Source: Alphaproteobacteria bacterium (GTDB taxonomy: Bacteria; Pseudomonadota; Alphaproteobacteria; SP197). Taken from it: a DNA stretch of 64,000 nt. The translations under genes were made by a program, and so were the position numbers. Location of the stretch: contig OZ245842.1 in the NCBI GenBank assembly GCA_965228895.1, positions 4,800,001 to 4,864,000 on the forward strand, given 5' to 3'. The notes under the pieces are model-generated. The model saw only the letters and a list, made by a program, of their open reading frames with translations. It made no database searches and was not told where the DNA came from. Shown piece by piece: positions 36,092 through 50,269 of this stretch (the stretch's first letter is position 1; each line of letters begins with the position of its first letter).

Positions 36092-37489
36092 CTATTGGCC
36101 GGTTTTCAGCCGTTCCATGAGTTCGCCAACGGTCGGCACGAAGCCGTTCGAATACCAGGGATCGCTGGCGAACCGGAAGGCGTTATGGCCGGCGAACATC
36201 AGCTGTGTCTCGATATCGTCGGAGTGACTGATGGTCTGCAGGGTCTTTTGAATACAGTAACTCCTGGGGTCCGGCTTCTTGCCGGTCGTGCCGCCATCAT
36301 CACACTTCCAGTTGGAGAACCGGCACTGGGACAGACATCCCATGCAGTCGATCTGGTCGGTGCGGATCTGACCGGCCTTTTCTTCCGTGACGAACACCAG
36401 GGTCGAATCCGGTGTCTTCATCGGCTCGTCGAAGCCTTGGGCAATCCAGCCGTTGACGTGTTGGAGATCGTGTTCGGTCAGGTAGATCGGGCGTTTGCGC
36501 GGGCCGAACGGGAACGCTTCCGTGTGGTCGCCGACCACCTCGGTCGTATAGGCGACCTGGCGGCTGTTACGGTCTTTCAGCTCGCGCAAAAAACTGTTCT
36601 CGACCGCCGACGAATAGAACCCGGTCGGCGAGAAGCGGTTGAGATAGATATCACCCTCATGAAGGGTCAGCAGTCGCCGCTTCCAGGCATCGGAGATCGG
36701 GCTTTCGACGGTCAAGAGCGGGCGGGTGCCGAACTGGAAAGCGATCGGCCCGACTTCCGGGTTATCGAGCCAGTCCTCCCACTCGTCGACCCGCCAGACG
36801 CCACCGGCCATGAAGATCGGCGTCTGGTCGAGGCCGTGGTCGCGCATGGTTTTTCTCAGTTCGACGACGCGCGGATAGGGATCTTCCGGCTTTTCCGGGT
36901 CCTCGACGTTCGACAAGCCGTTATGACCGCCGGCGCGCCAGGGGTCTTCATAGACGACGCCGCCGAGCCATTCGGGGAACTTGTGATAGGCGCGCTTCCA
37001 CAGGATCTGGAAGGCCCGCGCGGACGAGACGATGGGGTAATAATAGACGCTGTAGTTGGCGCAGATCTGCGCCATGCGATAGGGCATGCCGGCGCCGCAG
37101 GTGACGCCCTGGATCAGCCCCTTGGCCTTCTCCAGAACCCCATGCAGCACGCGCTCGCAGGCCGCCATCTCCCACAAGACGTTCATGTGGATGGCGCCTT
37201 CGCCGCCGGAAATTTCGTGCGCCATGCGCGCCTGATGCACGCCGCCGGCAACCGAATAGGCGACCAACTCCTCATGGCGTTCGCGGCGGTTCTTGCCGTG
37301 ATAGATCTGATCGATGTAGGCGCCGCTTTCGTCAAACGAGTCGGCGTTGACACCAGAGAATGTACCGACGCCACCGGTCGCCGCCCAGGCACCGGAGCTT
37401 TCGCCATTCGAAATCGAAATGCCCTTGCCGCCTTCGACCAGCGGCAAGACCTCACGACCCGAGATCGTTACTGCGTTCAGCGATTTCAC
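36092..37489 (-). CDS. Nitronate monooxygenase-family flavin oxidoreductase
   Basis: EGGKG, AGGHNG, FQFGTR, CMGCLSQC. Confidence 0.82.
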   Translation of the reverse strand: MKSLNAVTISGREVLPLVEGGKGISISNGESSGAWAATGGVGTFSGVNADSFDESGAYIDQIYHGKNRRERHEELVAYSVAGGVHQARMAHEISGGEGAIHMNVLWEMAACERVLHGVLEKAKGLIQGVTCGAGMPYRMAQICANYSVYYYPIVSSARAFQILWKRAYHKFPEWLGGVVYEDPWRAGGHNGLSNVEDPEKPEDPYPRVVELRKTMRDHGLDQTPIFMAGGVWRVDEWEDWLDNPEVGPIAFQFGTRPLLTVESPISDAWKRRLLTLHEGDIYLNRFSPTGFYSSAVENSFLRELKDRNSRQVAYTTEVVGDHTEAFPFGPRKRPIYLTEHDLQHVNGWIAQGFDEPMKTPDSTLVFVTEEKAGQIRTDQIDCMGCLSQCRFSNWKCDDGGTTGKKPDPRSYCIQKTLQTISHSDDIETQLMFAGHNAFRFASDPWYSNGFVPTVGELMERLKTGQ

Positions 37490-37507
37490 GCGTTCTCGTT
37501 TCCGGTC

Positions 37508-37647
37508 CTAGAGCGGGTCGTGGATAGGTGGAACCGCTGAACGGTTCCACCTATCCACGTGAAGCCGCTCTCTATCTACAAGTAGAGCAGATTCACCCGA
37601 TTTGATGGCATCGCGAAGCGATTCCATCAAATCGGGATCTGCTCTAG
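37508..37647. repeat. CTAG-bounded 140-bp palindromic repeat, family A (best-preserved copy)
   Basis: Perfect CTAGAGC...GCTCTAG termini. Confidence 0.9.
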
Positions 37648-37805
37648 GCACCAAACCCATATCACCCATAAGACTGCACCGACCATCGTTGCCGTCGTCA
37701 TAATGTAATGACGCCGACCTGCAAGCGCCAGAGCAAGATGGCATTGCAACGGACCGGACCGAAACGCGAAACGCGCTCTGCTTCAACAACTTAAGCCCCC
37801 GTACA

Positions 37806-37832
37806 CGCCCCACATCATATGGATGTGGGGCG
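37806..37832 (-). terminator. Hairpin after pnp
   Basis: CGCCCCACATC-ATATG-GATGTGGGGCG perfect stem. Confidence 0.55.
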
Positions 37833-37855
37833 ATCGGGATCGCGGCCGCGGGCGT

Positions 37856-40018
<2,163 letters not shown>

Positions 40019-40250
40019 TATTCCTCGTTCCTTCCTTCTGCTTTCAGTGGCATGGCCAGGAACCGCCCCATGCGGATCGTGACCCCGCCGTACCGTGGTT
40101 TCGGACCATCAGGCACGGTCGGTCGGTCTCTGTGTCGGCCTCGCCATTGCGTCGCAACGCAGCGCGATGACCAGGAGACCGGCCCTTTCGTGATAGGCCC
40201 TGGCGCCAGACAAATAGACAAGGGGACGCCTAGAGCGCCCCCAAACGTCG

Positions 40251-40520
40251 TCAGCGTCTGATGCCAAGACTCTTGATAAGCGTCGCGTAACGATCATCGT
40301 CAATACGGCGCAGATAATCGAGCAAGCGACGGCGACGGCTGACCAACAACAGCAGACCTCGCCGTGAGTGCTTGTCCTTTTTATGAGTCTTGAAATGGTC
40401 GGTGAGGTTGGTGATCCGTTCCGTCAGGATCGCTACCTGGACCTCGGGTGAACCTGTGTCACCATCCGCGCGGCCAAATTCCTTGACCAGCTCGGTCTTA
40501 CGTTCTGCCGTGATCGACAT
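40251..40520 (-). CDS. rpsO: 30S ribosomal protein S15
   Basis: [19 protein letters not shown]. Confidence 0.97.
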   Translation of the reverse strand: MSITAERKTELVKEFGRADGDTGSPEVQVAILTERITNLTDHFKTHKKDKHSRRGLLLLVSRRRRLLDYLRRIDDDRYATLIKSLGIRR

Positions 40521-41433
40521 CGTGGCTCCGTTTCTTGTCGAGATTAAACACGCGTAATGGCCGAACCGCTCCGTCGGCCACCTCGGCAATTGCTACCAGG
40601 CGACCGGACGCTGTGGCCCGGACCGTACCGCTTTTCTCTCCGGGAACCTGGATCGCCTGCCCGCAGGTAAGGCGGGTCGCGGCGGTTTCGCTCAAAGTCA
40701 GCGCCGGGATGTCGTCCAGCGCTGCCTCGACCGGCAACAGGTGCCCCGAGAGCGCGGGACTATGCCCAAACTGCTCCAGGGTTTCCAGCGAAATCGCGCG
40801 GTCCAGCTGAAACGGCCCGACCCGGGTTCGGCGCAGGGCCGCGACGTGACCGCAGGTGCCCAGAACCGCCGCCAGATCGCGGGCCAAAGCACGAACATAG
40901 GTCCCTTTGCCGCAATCCAGTTCAAAAACCGCATGATCCGGATCCGTGACCTCGATCAGGTCCAAGCGCTCGATCAACACCCGCCGGGGCCTGAGCGACG
41001 GCACCTTGCCGGCGCGGGCGAGGTCATAGGCGCGCCGGCCATCCACCTTGAGCGCCGAATAGCGCGGCGGTAGCTGGTGGATCTGGCCCTCGAACTGTTT
41101 GATCGCGGCGGCAATCTGGCCGGGATCGGGTCGGACATCGGAGGTCGCCGTGACCTCGCCTTCGCTGTCATCGGTATCGCGGTCCTCGCCCCAGCGCAGC
41201 GTGAAGCGGTAGCTTTTCTTGCCGTCCTGGCACCAGGCCACCGTCTTGGTCGCCTCGCCGAGTGCTACCGGCAGGATCCCGGTGGCCATGGGATCAAGCG
41301 TGCCGCCATGACCGGCCTTGCGCGCGCCCAGCAACCCGCGAACCCGCGCCGTCGCCTTGGTCGACGACAGGCCGAGCGGTTTGTCCAGCACCACCCAGCC
41401 GTCGATGTCCTGGCCCTTTCGCCTACGACCCAT
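40498..41433 (-). CDS. truB: tRNA pseudouridine(55) synthase
   Basis: [25 protein letters not shown]. Confidence 0.96.
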   Translation of the reverse strand: MGRRRKGQDIDGWVVLDKPLGLSSTKATARVRGLLGARKAGHGGTLDPMATGILPVALGEATKTVAWCQDGKKSYRFTLRWGEDRDTDDSEGEVTATSDVRPDPGQIAAAIKQFEGQIHQLPPRYSALKVDGRRAYDLARAGKVPSLRPRRVLIERLDLIEVTDPDHAVFELDCGKGTYVRALARDLAAVLGTCGHVAALRRTRVGPFQLDRAISLETLEQFGHSPALSGHLLPVEAALDDIPALTLSETAATRLTCGQAIQVPGEKSGTVRATASGRLVAIAEVADGAVRPLRVFNLDKKRSHDVDHGRT

Positions 41434-41794
41434 CGCTGTCTTTGAGCAGTTGATCGATGCGCTCTGCATATTCATAGCCGCGGTCGGCGCGGAACGTGAG
41501 GTCCGGGGTGAAACGCAGCCGCACCTGGCGGCCGACCTGGGTCCGCAGATAAGGCTTGGCGCGGTCGAGGCCGGCGATCACCTCGTCGGTCTCCTCGCCG
41601 CCCAGGGGCAGGACAAACACGGTGGCATAGCGCAGGTCGCGGCTCATCCGCACTTCGGTCACGGTTATCGCACGCCCGCTCAAAGCGGGGTCGCGCAGTT
41701 CGCCACGGGCGATGATCTCGGCCAAGACGTGGCGAATTTCTTCGCCAACGCGCAGCTGCCGCTGACCCGCCTCAGGTCTTGCTTGTTTCGTCAT
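41423..41794 (-). CDS. rbfA: Ribosome-binding factor A
   Basis: RQLRVGEEIR, LRFTPDLTF. Confidence 0.95.
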   Translation of the reverse strand: MTKQARPEAGQRQLRVGEEIRHVLAEIIARGELRDPALSGRAITVTEVRMSRDLRYATVFVLPLGGEETDEVIAGLDRAKPYLRTQVGRQVRLRFTPDLTFRADRGYEYAERIDQLLKDSDGS

Positions 41795-41844
41795 AACTCA
41801 CGTTACGGGGGCGTCTTCAGCCCCGGCCTCTATGCACGAACACC

Positions 41845-44469
41845 CTAGCTGGCGAGCGTGCGGGCTACCTCCTGAAGCTCGTAGGCTTCGATTTCGTCGC
41901 CGACTTCCACATCATGGAAGCCGTCGAGCTGAATGCCGCATTCCTGGCCGGCCTTGATCTCGCGCACCTCGTCCTTGTGGTGCTTGAGGTTCTTGATCGC
42001 GCCATCGAACAGCGGCACGCCGTTGCGCAGCACCCGAACCCTGGCATTGCGGCGAACGACACCGTCGAGCACACGGCAACCGGCAATACGACCGATCTTG
42101 GTGATGTCGAAGGTCTCCAGCACCTGAACCGCGCCCAGCACCTTTTCTTCGCTGTGCGGCGCCAGCATGCCCGAGAGCATGTCGCGGACGTCATCCAGCA
42201 GTTCATAGATGATGTTGTAGTAACGCAGCTCGACGCCTTCGCGTTCGGCCAGCGTACGGGCCTGACTGTTGGCGCGGACGCCAAAACCAACGACGATCGC
42301 GTTCGACGCCTTGGCCAGTGTGATGTCGCTTTCGGTGATGCCGCCGACCGCGCTCAGCAGAACCTTGGCCGCGACCTCGTCGGTCGCGAACTGCTCCAGG
42401 CTGGCGGTGATTGCCTCGGCGGAACCTTGCACGTCGGTCTTGATGACCATCGGCAGCTCTTTCAACTCGCCGGAGGCAATGTTGGCAAACATCTGCTCCA
42501 ACGAGGCACGGCCACCGGCGGTGATCTTGTCGTCGCGTTCCTGCTCCTCGCGATAGGTCGAAACCTCGCGCGCGCGCTTATCGTTCTCGACAACTTGGAA
42601 CTCGCTGCCGGCATCGGGCGTGCCGCCCAGGCCGAGCGCTTCGACCGGGAACGACGGGCCAGCCGTCTTGACGTTCTTGCCGCGATCGTCGAGCAGGGCA
42701 CGAACGCGGCCCCATTCCTTGCCGACCACCATGATGTCGCCGACGTGAAGCGTGCCGCGCTGCACCAGCACCGTGGTGACGGCGCCGCGACCCTTCTCCA
42801 GCTTCGCCTCGACCACGATGCCCTCGGCACTGCGGTCGGGGTTGGCGGCCAGTTCCATAACCTCGGCCTGCAACAGGATGGCTTCTTCCAGTTTGTCGAG
42901 GCCATCGCCCTTGGTCGCGGAAACTTCCACGTCCAACACATCGCCGCCCATCTTTTCGACGACCAGATCGTGCTGCAGTAGATCCTGACGCACGCGATCG
43001 GGATCGGCACCGGGCAGATCGCACTTATTGATCGCGATGATGATCGGAACCTCCGCCGCCTTGGCGTGGTCGATCGCTTCCTTGGTCTGGGGCATGACAC
43101 CGTCATCGGCTGCGACCACAAGAATGACGATATCGGTCACGCTGGCGCCACGTGCGCGCATGGCGGTGAACGCCGCATGGCCCGGCGTATCCAGGAAGGT
43201 GATCTTGTGGCCACCGGCGAGCGTCACCTGATAGGCGCCGATATGCTGGGTGATGCCACCGGCCTCGCCCGACGCAACATCGGTCTTGCGCAGCGCGTCC
43301 AAAAGCGAGGTCTTGCCGTGATCGACATGACCCATCACGGTGACGACGGGCGGGCGCGGCTGCTTGGCTTCATCGGGATCTTCGTCGCGTTTCAAACCCA
43401 CCTCGACATCGGCTGCGGCCACACGTTTGACCTTGTGACCGAACTCCTCGACCAGCAGTTCGGCGGTATCCGCATCGATCGCCTGGTTGATGGTCACCAT
43501 TTGACCCATGTCCATGAGCCTCTTGATGACATCGCCACCACGCACGGCCATGCGGTTGGACAGTTCCTGAACCGTGATGGCCTCCGGGATAACGACCTCG
43601 CGGACGACCTTCTTGGAACCGCCGCCTTGCTTCTGGCCCATCTGCTGCTGGCGCAGTTTCTCACGGGCGCGGCGCGCTGCGGCCAGGCTGCGTGCGCGGC
43701 CTTCCTCGTCCTCGGCACCCAGGGCCTCGGACACGGTAAGCTTGCCGCCACGCCGGCGCGGTTCGTTGCGCGAGCGCGGCGCCAGACGCGAGCGCCGGTC
43801 TTTGGCGCTCTTGCGTTCGGCTTCTTGCGTTTCGGCATCGGCGCGTCCACGCGGAGCGCTCTGCGGTGCCGCGGCAGCGCCTTCGGCCGGTGCCTCTTCG
43901 TCAAGCAGCCGCGCGGCCTGCACCTCGGCCTTCAGACGCGACTCCTCTTCCTTGGCCCGGCGCTCTTCCTCTTCCTTGGCGCGCTTTTCGGATTCCTCGC
44001 GTTCGACCGCAGCCTGTTTCTCTTCCTCGGCGCGACGGACCGCGTCTTCCTCGGCGCGCTTGCGCGCTTCCTCCTCGGACTTGCGGGCCTCGCCAAGGGC
44101 GCGGACACGGCTCGCGCGCTCCTCGGATGTCAGGTTTTTCAGGACAATCGGCGCGCGGGCATCCTGCGGCGTATCAACCACGGGCGCCGGCTTGGCCGGC
44201 GCCTCAGCCTTGGCTGCGGCTTTGGGTTCGGTCTTTGCTTCGGGCGCCGGCGGCTCCTTGGCCTCAACCTTCTCCGGCTCGGCTGCGGGCGCGCGACCGG
44301 GTTTGATGACCCGCCGCTTCTTGACCTCGACCGCAACCTGCTTAGAGCGGCCCCGTGGGAAGTTCTGGCGTACCTGGCCACCGTCGACAGTCGTCTTGAG
44401 GTCGAGCCGTCCGGGACGGTTCACGCTCAACGTCTTGCCTTTGGCTTCCTTATCCGTCGTCTCAGCCAT
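41845..44469 (-). CDS. infB: Translation initiation factor IF-2
   Basis: [18 protein letters not shown]. Confidence 0.98.
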   Translation of the reverse strand: MAETTDKEAKGKTLSVNRPGRLDLKTTVDGGQVRQNFPRGRSKQVAVEVKKRRVIKPGRAPAAEPEKVEAKEPPAPEAKTEPKAAAKAEAPAKPAPVVDTPQDARAPIVLKNLTSEERASRVRALGEARKSEEEARKRAEEDAVRRAEEEKQAAVEREESEKRAKEEEERRAKEEESRLKAEVQAARLLDEEAPAEGAAAAPQSAPRGRADAETQEAERKSAKDRRSRLAPRSRNEPRRRGGKLTVSEALGAEDEEGRARSLAAARRAREKLRQQQMGQKQGGGSKKVVREVVIPEAITVQELSNRMAVRGGDVIKRLMDMGQMVTINQAIDADTAELLVEEFGHKVKRVAAADVEVGLKRDEDPDEAKQPRPPVVTVMGHVDHGKTSLLDALRKTDVASGEAGGITQHIGAYQVTLAGGHKITFLDTPGHAAFTAMRARGASVTDIVILVVAADDGVMPQTKEAIDHAKAAEVPIIIAINKCDLPGADPDRVRQDLLQHDLVVEKMGGDVLDVEVSATKGDGLDKLEEAILLQAEVMELAANPDRSAEGIVVEAKLEKGRGAVTTVLVQRGTLHVGDIMVVGKEWGRVRALLDDRGKNVKTAGPSFPVEALGLGGTPDAGSEFQVVENDKRAREVSTYREEQERDDKITAGGRASLEQMFANIASGELKELPMVIKTDVQGSAEAITASLEQFATDEVAAKVLLSAVGGITESDITLAKASNAIVVGFGVRANSQARTLAEREGVELRYYNIIYELLDDVRDMLSGMLAPHSEEKVLGAVQVLETFDITKIGRIAGCRVLDGVVRRNARVRVLRNGVPLFDGAIKNLKHHKDEVREIKAGQECGIQLDGFHDVEVGDEIEAYELQEVARTLAS

Positions 44470-44471
44470 CT

Positions 44472-45101
44472 TTACCGCCGCTCTTTTTCATCTGTATCGG
44501 TCACGGCCACGTTATCGCGAAAACCGCGCAGCCGTTCCACATCTCGTCGCAGTGCTGTCGCCAGGCCACCGGGTTTCAGTGCCACATGCACGGCCATCTC
44601 GCGGCCGAGCGCCGCACCCAACTGCGCCGCATCAAAACAGGTTAACACAGCAACGTCCGGCGCCGCGCGTTTCAGCCGGCGCAGGCCATCGGGGGCGCCA
44701 TCAGCCGCTTCCAGCAAAAACGCCACGTTGCCGCTGGCCAGCAGCGCCTGGGCCTTATCGAACCCGGCGACCGCCTGACCGGCACGCTTGGCCAAGCCGA
44801 GCAGTTCAAGACACCGCGCGGCCAGCAAAGCCTCGACCTGATCGGCCAGCGCCGCATCGGCCAACGCGCGGCCCTTGAACCCGCGCGCGAACAATCCCTT
44901 GGCGGCCGCAGTCACCACGGCATCACGCCGCGCCGTCACCCAGGCGCCACGGCCCGGCAGACGTTCGGCGATGTCGGGCACGACCCGGCCATCGGGCGAC
45001 AACGCAAACCGCACGAGCAGTGCCTTGTCTCCGGTCTCACCGGTGACCAGGCAGCGCCGCTCGGGCGTTGTCGCTTTTCTATCGATCGCCAGTTCGGCCA
45101 G
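44472..45101 (-). CDS. YlxR/DUF448 + L7Ae-like RNA-binding protein (probable CTG start)
   Basis: In-frame ERRCLVTG lies upstream of the called GTG 45014; PGRGAW motif; between nusA and infB. Confidence 0.8.
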   Translation of the reverse strand: MAELAIDRKATTPERRCLVTGETGDKALLVRFALSPDGRVVPDIAERLPGRGAWVTARRDAVVTAAAKGLFARGFKGRALADAALADQVEALLAARCLELLGLAKRAGQAVAGFDKAQALLASGNVAFLLEAADGAPDGLRRLKRAAPDVAVLTCFDAAQLGAALGREMAVHVALKPGGLATALRRDVERLRGFRDNVAVTDTDEKERR

Positions 45102-45103
45102 TG

Positions 45104-46681
45104 TCAGACCTCCTCCTCGCTGGCTTCCACATCGTCGCCAGCGGTTTCCGCCGCATCCTCCTCGGTCTCCTCCTCATCGGGGAACCAATGGGCGCGCGCG
45201 GCCATAATCATGGCGTTCGCCTCGTCGAGTGTCAGATAGCTCTCGGGCAGGTAGTCTTCGATCAGTTCGTCGCCGGCCAGATCGGCAAGATCATCAAGCG
45301 TCTTGATGTCCTTTTCACCGAGCTCGACCAGCATGACCGGCGTCAGACCCTCGATGGCAGCCAGTTCGTCCGTGACACCCAGTTCCTGACGCTTGACCTC
45401 CATCTGACGGTCGCGTTCCTCGACATAGCCCAGCGCGCGGTTCTGCAGCTCCTGGGCAATGCCTTCGTCAAGACCCTCGATGCCGGACAATTCATCGATC
45501 GGCACATAGGCGACATCGTCGGTTGACGAGAACCCTTCGGTAACCAGGAGGCGGGCCAAGACGTCATCGACGTCCAGCGTTTCCATGAAGTGCTCGCTCC
45601 TGAGCCGCATCTCCTCGATGCGCCGTTCGCTCTCGTCGCTCTCGGTCAGGATGTCGATATCCCAGCCGACCAGTTGCGACGCCAGCCGCACGTTCTGACC
45701 GCGCCGGCCAATCGCCAAACTTAACTGGTCATCGGGCACGACGACTTCCATGCGCCGGTCGTCCTCGTCCATGACGACCTTGGTGACTTCCGCCGGCGCC
45801 AGGGCGTTGACGACGAAGTTCGCGGTGTCGGGCGACCATTGGATAATGTCGATCTTCTCGCCGCCCAGTTCGTTGACCACAGCCTGAACGCGGCTGCCGC
45901 GCATGCCGACGCAGGCGCCGACCGGATCGATCGAGCTATCGTGGGACAGAACGGCGATCTTCGCGCGGCTACCGGGGTCGCGGGCGACGGCCTTGATCTC
46001 GATGATGCCGTCATAGATCTCCGGCACTTCCTGGGAGAACAGCTTGGCCATGAACTGCGGGTGGCTGCGCGAGATGAAGATCTGCGGGCCCCGCGGTTCC
46101 TGGCGCACGTCATAGATATAGCCGCGCACCCGGTCGCCGCGGCGCAGGATCTCGCGCGGCAGGCTTTCGTCGCGGCGCAGCATGGCTTCGGCCTTGCCCA
46201 GATCGATGATCCAGTTGCCGTGCTCGGGCCGCTTGACCAGGCCGTTCACGATCTCGCTGATGCGGTCCTTGTACTCTTCGTACTGGCGCGCGCGCTCGGC
46301 CTCGCGCACCTTCTGCACGATGACCTGCTTGGCGGTCTGGGCGGCAATACGGCCGAACTCGATCGGCGGCAGCTCTTCGGAGATGAAGTCGCCGACCTTG
46401 GCCAGCGGGTTGCGCTGCTGGGCCTCGCCGACCGTAATCTCGGTCGCCGGGTTCTCGACCTCATCGACGACCTCGACATAGCGCATCAGCGAGACGTCGC
46501 CGGACGCCCGGTCTATGGTCGCGCGAATGTCATGCTCGTGGCCGTACTTGCGTTTGCCAGCGTGCTGAATTGCTTGTTCCATGGCGTCAATCACGGTCTC
46601 ACGCTCGATACCTTTCTCGCGCGCGACCGCATCGGCCACTTGAATCAACTGTTCCTGTGTCAGGGCAGCGGCAGCTTCCAT
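45104..46681 (-). CDS. nusA: Transcription termination factor NusA
   Basis: FGRIAAQTAKQ, ARDPGSRAK, AIGRRGQNVRLA. Confidence 0.98.
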   Translation of the reverse strand: MEAAAALTQEQLIQVADAVAREKGIERETVIDAMEQAIQHAGKRKYGHEHDIRATIDRASGDVSLMRYVEVVDEVENPATEITVGEAQQRNPLAKVGDFISEELPPIEFGRIAAQTAKQVIVQKVREAERARQYEEYKDRISEIVNGLVKRPEHGNWIIDLGKAEAMLRRDESLPREILRRGDRVRGYIYDVRQEPRGPQIFISRSHPQFMAKLFSQEVPEIYDGIIEIKAVARDPGSRAKIAVLSHDSSIDPVGACVGMRGSRVQAVVNELGGEKIDIIQWSPDTANFVVNALAPAEVTKVVMDEDDRRMEVVVPDDQLSLAIGRRGQNVRLASQLVGWDIDILTESDESERRIEEMRLRSEHFMETLDVDDVLARLLVTEGFSSTDDVAYVPIDELSGIEGLDEGIAQELQNRALGYVEERDRQMEVKRQELGVTDELAAIEGLTPVMLVELGEKDIKTLDDLADLAGDELIEDYLPESYLTLDEANAMIMAARAHWFPDEEETEEDAAETAGDDVEASEEEV

Positions 46682-46700
46682 GCCTCAGGTCCCTCTCCTC

Positions 46701-47195
46701 TTATGCATCCTCATGTCCCGGTGCCATCGCGGCGATCAACTCGTCGGTTAAAGCGAGCTTCGCCTTGACGACACCGTCCAAACTCAATTCCACGCCGTCA
46801 CGCCCGTCATCCAGCCGCACGACGCCATCTTCGGCGCCCATGATCCGGCCGCGCCATCGTTTGCGGCCATCCACCGGCGGGTCGACATCGACGATCGCCT
46901 CGAACCCGGCGAAACGGACGAAGTCGTCCAACTTCACCAACGGCCGGTCAATTCCGGTGGAACTGACCTCCAGGTCATAGGCGCCGCCGATCGGGTCCTC
47001 GACATCAAGCAGCGTCGAAACGGCCCGACTGATGTCGGCACAATCGTCGACCACAACCGGCGACCCGTCTGCGCACTCCGCCATGACCTGCAGGGTGCGG
47101 CGTCCGCTGCCAAAAAACTTTACGCGAACGATCCGGTACCCCATGTCCTCGACCGTCGGGGTGATCAATCGTTCGATCTCGTCAGCCAGGCTCAT
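46701..47195 (-). CDS. rimP: Ribosome maturation factor RimP
   Basis: YDLEVSSTGIDRPL; upstream of nusA. Confidence 0.95.
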   Translation of the reverse strand: MSLADEIERLITPTVEDMGYRIVRVKFFGSGRRTLQVMAECADGSPVVVDDCADISRAVSTLLDVEDPIGGAYDLEVSSTGIDRPLVKLDDFVRFAGFEAIVDVDPPVDGRKRWRGRIMGAEDGVVRLDDGRDGVELSLDGVVKAKLALTDELIAAMAPGHEDA

Positions 47196-47414
47196 CCGGC
47201 CGATCCCCCGCGAGGTTCAAGAAGGTACACCAAACACCGCCGTCAACCCGGCCGCGGCAGTTCCTCCAAACAAAAAAGTGGGCTTAACGCCCACCTCTCA
47301 GCCCGTGGCCACAAGCCACCTCAAACTGGCGCGCATCTTAGTCATCCCGGCGCGCCGGGCAAGTTTTTTGTCAAGCGCTTGACAAGCCCTGCCGGGCGCA
47401 CGGATGGTCGCGTC

Positions 47415-47636
47415 ATGAACGGCGTCATCGTCTGGTACAACCCGTCAAAACGCTATGGTTTCGTCGCCCCGGAGGACGGTGGCGGCGATATCTTTTTTCG
47501 CCTCGACGAGGCCGGCGTCACGGCTCTTGAACCGGTCGAAACCGGCAAAAACGTTCACTTTTTGCTCGCCGAGGGACCCGATGGCCCGGTCGCCATGCGT
47601 TTGGCGCCCGGCAACGCGCCGGAACCCCAGGTCTAG
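47415..47636 (+). CDS. Cold-shock domain protein (divergent)
   Basis: G.IVWYNPSKRYGFV..EDGGGDIF. Confidence 0.7.
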   Translation: MNGVIVWYNPSKRYGFVAPEDGGGDIFFRLDEAGVTALEPVETGKNVHFLLAEGPDGPVAMRLAPGNAPEPQV

Positions 47637-48334
47637 GCTAGATCCCGTCGGCGGCGCTCGAAGATCAGGTAGACCGGCGAGCGTCCGGCGCCGACCGCCT
47701 TGGCTTCATAGCGAGTCTGGGGCCAATCGCTGGGCCGGCGGCGCCAATCCCCGGGACGCCGCGCTTTCCAGCAAAAATCCGGGTTGGCCGTCGTCACGCC
47801 GAGCATTTGGCGGGCGTAGCTCATGTCATCTGTGGCCAACCGTAATTCGGCGCCATCAGCCAACAAATCGGCGAGTTTCGCGATCAGACCCGCATCAACC
47901 AGGCGGCGCTTGAGATGGCGGGTTTTTGGCCAGGGATCGGGAAACAGAATAAAAATCCGATCCAGCATACCAACCGCCATCCGGTCCAGGACCGGCCGGA
48001 TATCATCGGCAACAATCCGAACGTTCACCAGTTCGGCCTGGTCCACCGCCGCAAGCAAGGCGGCAACGCCGTTGATATAGGGTTCAGCCCCGATGAATCC
48101 AACATCTGGATGCCGTTCGGCCTGCCAGGCTAAGTGCTCGCCGCCGCCAAAGCCGATTTCCAGCCATACCGGACACGATCCGCCGAACAGTAGCTTGGGC
48201 GTCAACACGGCGGCGTCCGGCGCGACCGCAAGGCGCGGCAACAGTGTATCGACCAGGTGTTGGCGACGTGCGCTCAAGCGATGACCACGGCGCCGGCCGT
48301 GAAGCTGGCACCCGCGGCGGTCGTCTGGGGACAT
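47633..48334 (-). CDS. trmB: tRNA (guanine-N7)-methyltransferase
   Basis: LEIGFGGGEH, FPDPWPK.RH. Confidence 0.95.
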   Translation of the reverse strand: MSPDDRRGCQLHGRRRGHRLSARRQHLVDTLLPRLAVAPDAAVLTPKLLFGGSCPVWLEIGFGGGEHLAWQAERHPDVGFIGAEPYINGVAALLAAVDQAELVNVRIVADDIRPVLDRMAVGMLDRIFILFPDPWPKTRHLKRRLVDAGLIAKLADLLADGAELRLATDDMSYARQMLGVTTANPDFCWKARRPGDWRRRPSDWPQTRYEAKAVGAGRSPVYLIFERRRRDLA

Positions 48335-48358
48335 GGCTTTGCGGTTCGGCTATTCCGC

Positions 48359-49525
<1,167 letters not shown>

Positions 49526-49749
49526 GCCAACCCCTCCTTTTTTCAGGCAGTTCGACAACCCGGTCGCGACCGTCCGATTGGGACGGCGCGTCCGTGACTG
49601 ACAGCAATAGGACGGGCCGGAACCTCCACCATCCCGTGGGGTCCGGTCAAGCGAATTGCCGCACAGGCAAACGACGGATTCTATCCGCGGCTGGATGAGG
49701 TCATCGGCGCCGACGGGGGTATCGGCGCCGAAGCGTTAAGCGAAGACAG

Positions 49750-50217
49750 TCAGTGGTCGGCGTCTTTCGGACCCGCGGCCTTGACGAGTTCGAACACCTT
49801 GCGGCGCAAGCGGTCGTCGGGGATGCGATAGTACGCGCGAACCAGTTCAAGGGTTTCACGCTTCGACATGGTGTCGGGCCCGTAAGGGTCCTGCTCGCCA
49901 TCAGACATGCCACGTCCGCCGCCGGCGGCAGCGACATCGTTGGGCATATCGTCAAAGAAGAACGACACCGGCACATCAAGGATCTGGGACAGGTGGTAGA
50001 GCCTGCTTGATCCGATGCGGTTAGCGCCACGCTCGTACTTTTGAATTTGCTGGAACGTCAGGCCAAGTGCCTGGGCCAGCTTTTCCTGACTCATACCCAA
50101 TAACGTGCGGCGCAGTCGTACGCGGCCGCCGACATGGATGTCGATCGGATTTGGATTGTTCGCCATGGCAGTTTTCTTCGGTACCCCCCCGGTTGAAATA
50201 CGCTCTACTTGATTCAT
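49750..50217 (-). CDS. XRE-family HTH regulator
   Basis: [16 protein letters not shown]. Confidence 0.9.
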   Translation of the reverse strand: MNQVERISTGGVPKKTAMANNPNPIDIHVGGRVRLRRTLLGMSQEKLAQALGLTFQQIQKYERGANRIGSSRLYHLSQILDVPVSFFFDDMPNDVAAAGGGRGMSDGEQDPYGPDTMSKRETLELVRAYYRIPDDRLRRKVFELVKAAGPKDADH

Positions 50218-50269
50218 GTCGTCATTCCCCTAACGAATGATTGTCGGCTACCGTTCGTCGGTTGGCCGT

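Noticed and set aside
49526-49749. Possible SAM riboswitch upstream of metK
   Set aside because: No recognisable SAM-II or SAM-SAH consensus by eye; an Infernal/Rfam scan would be needed.
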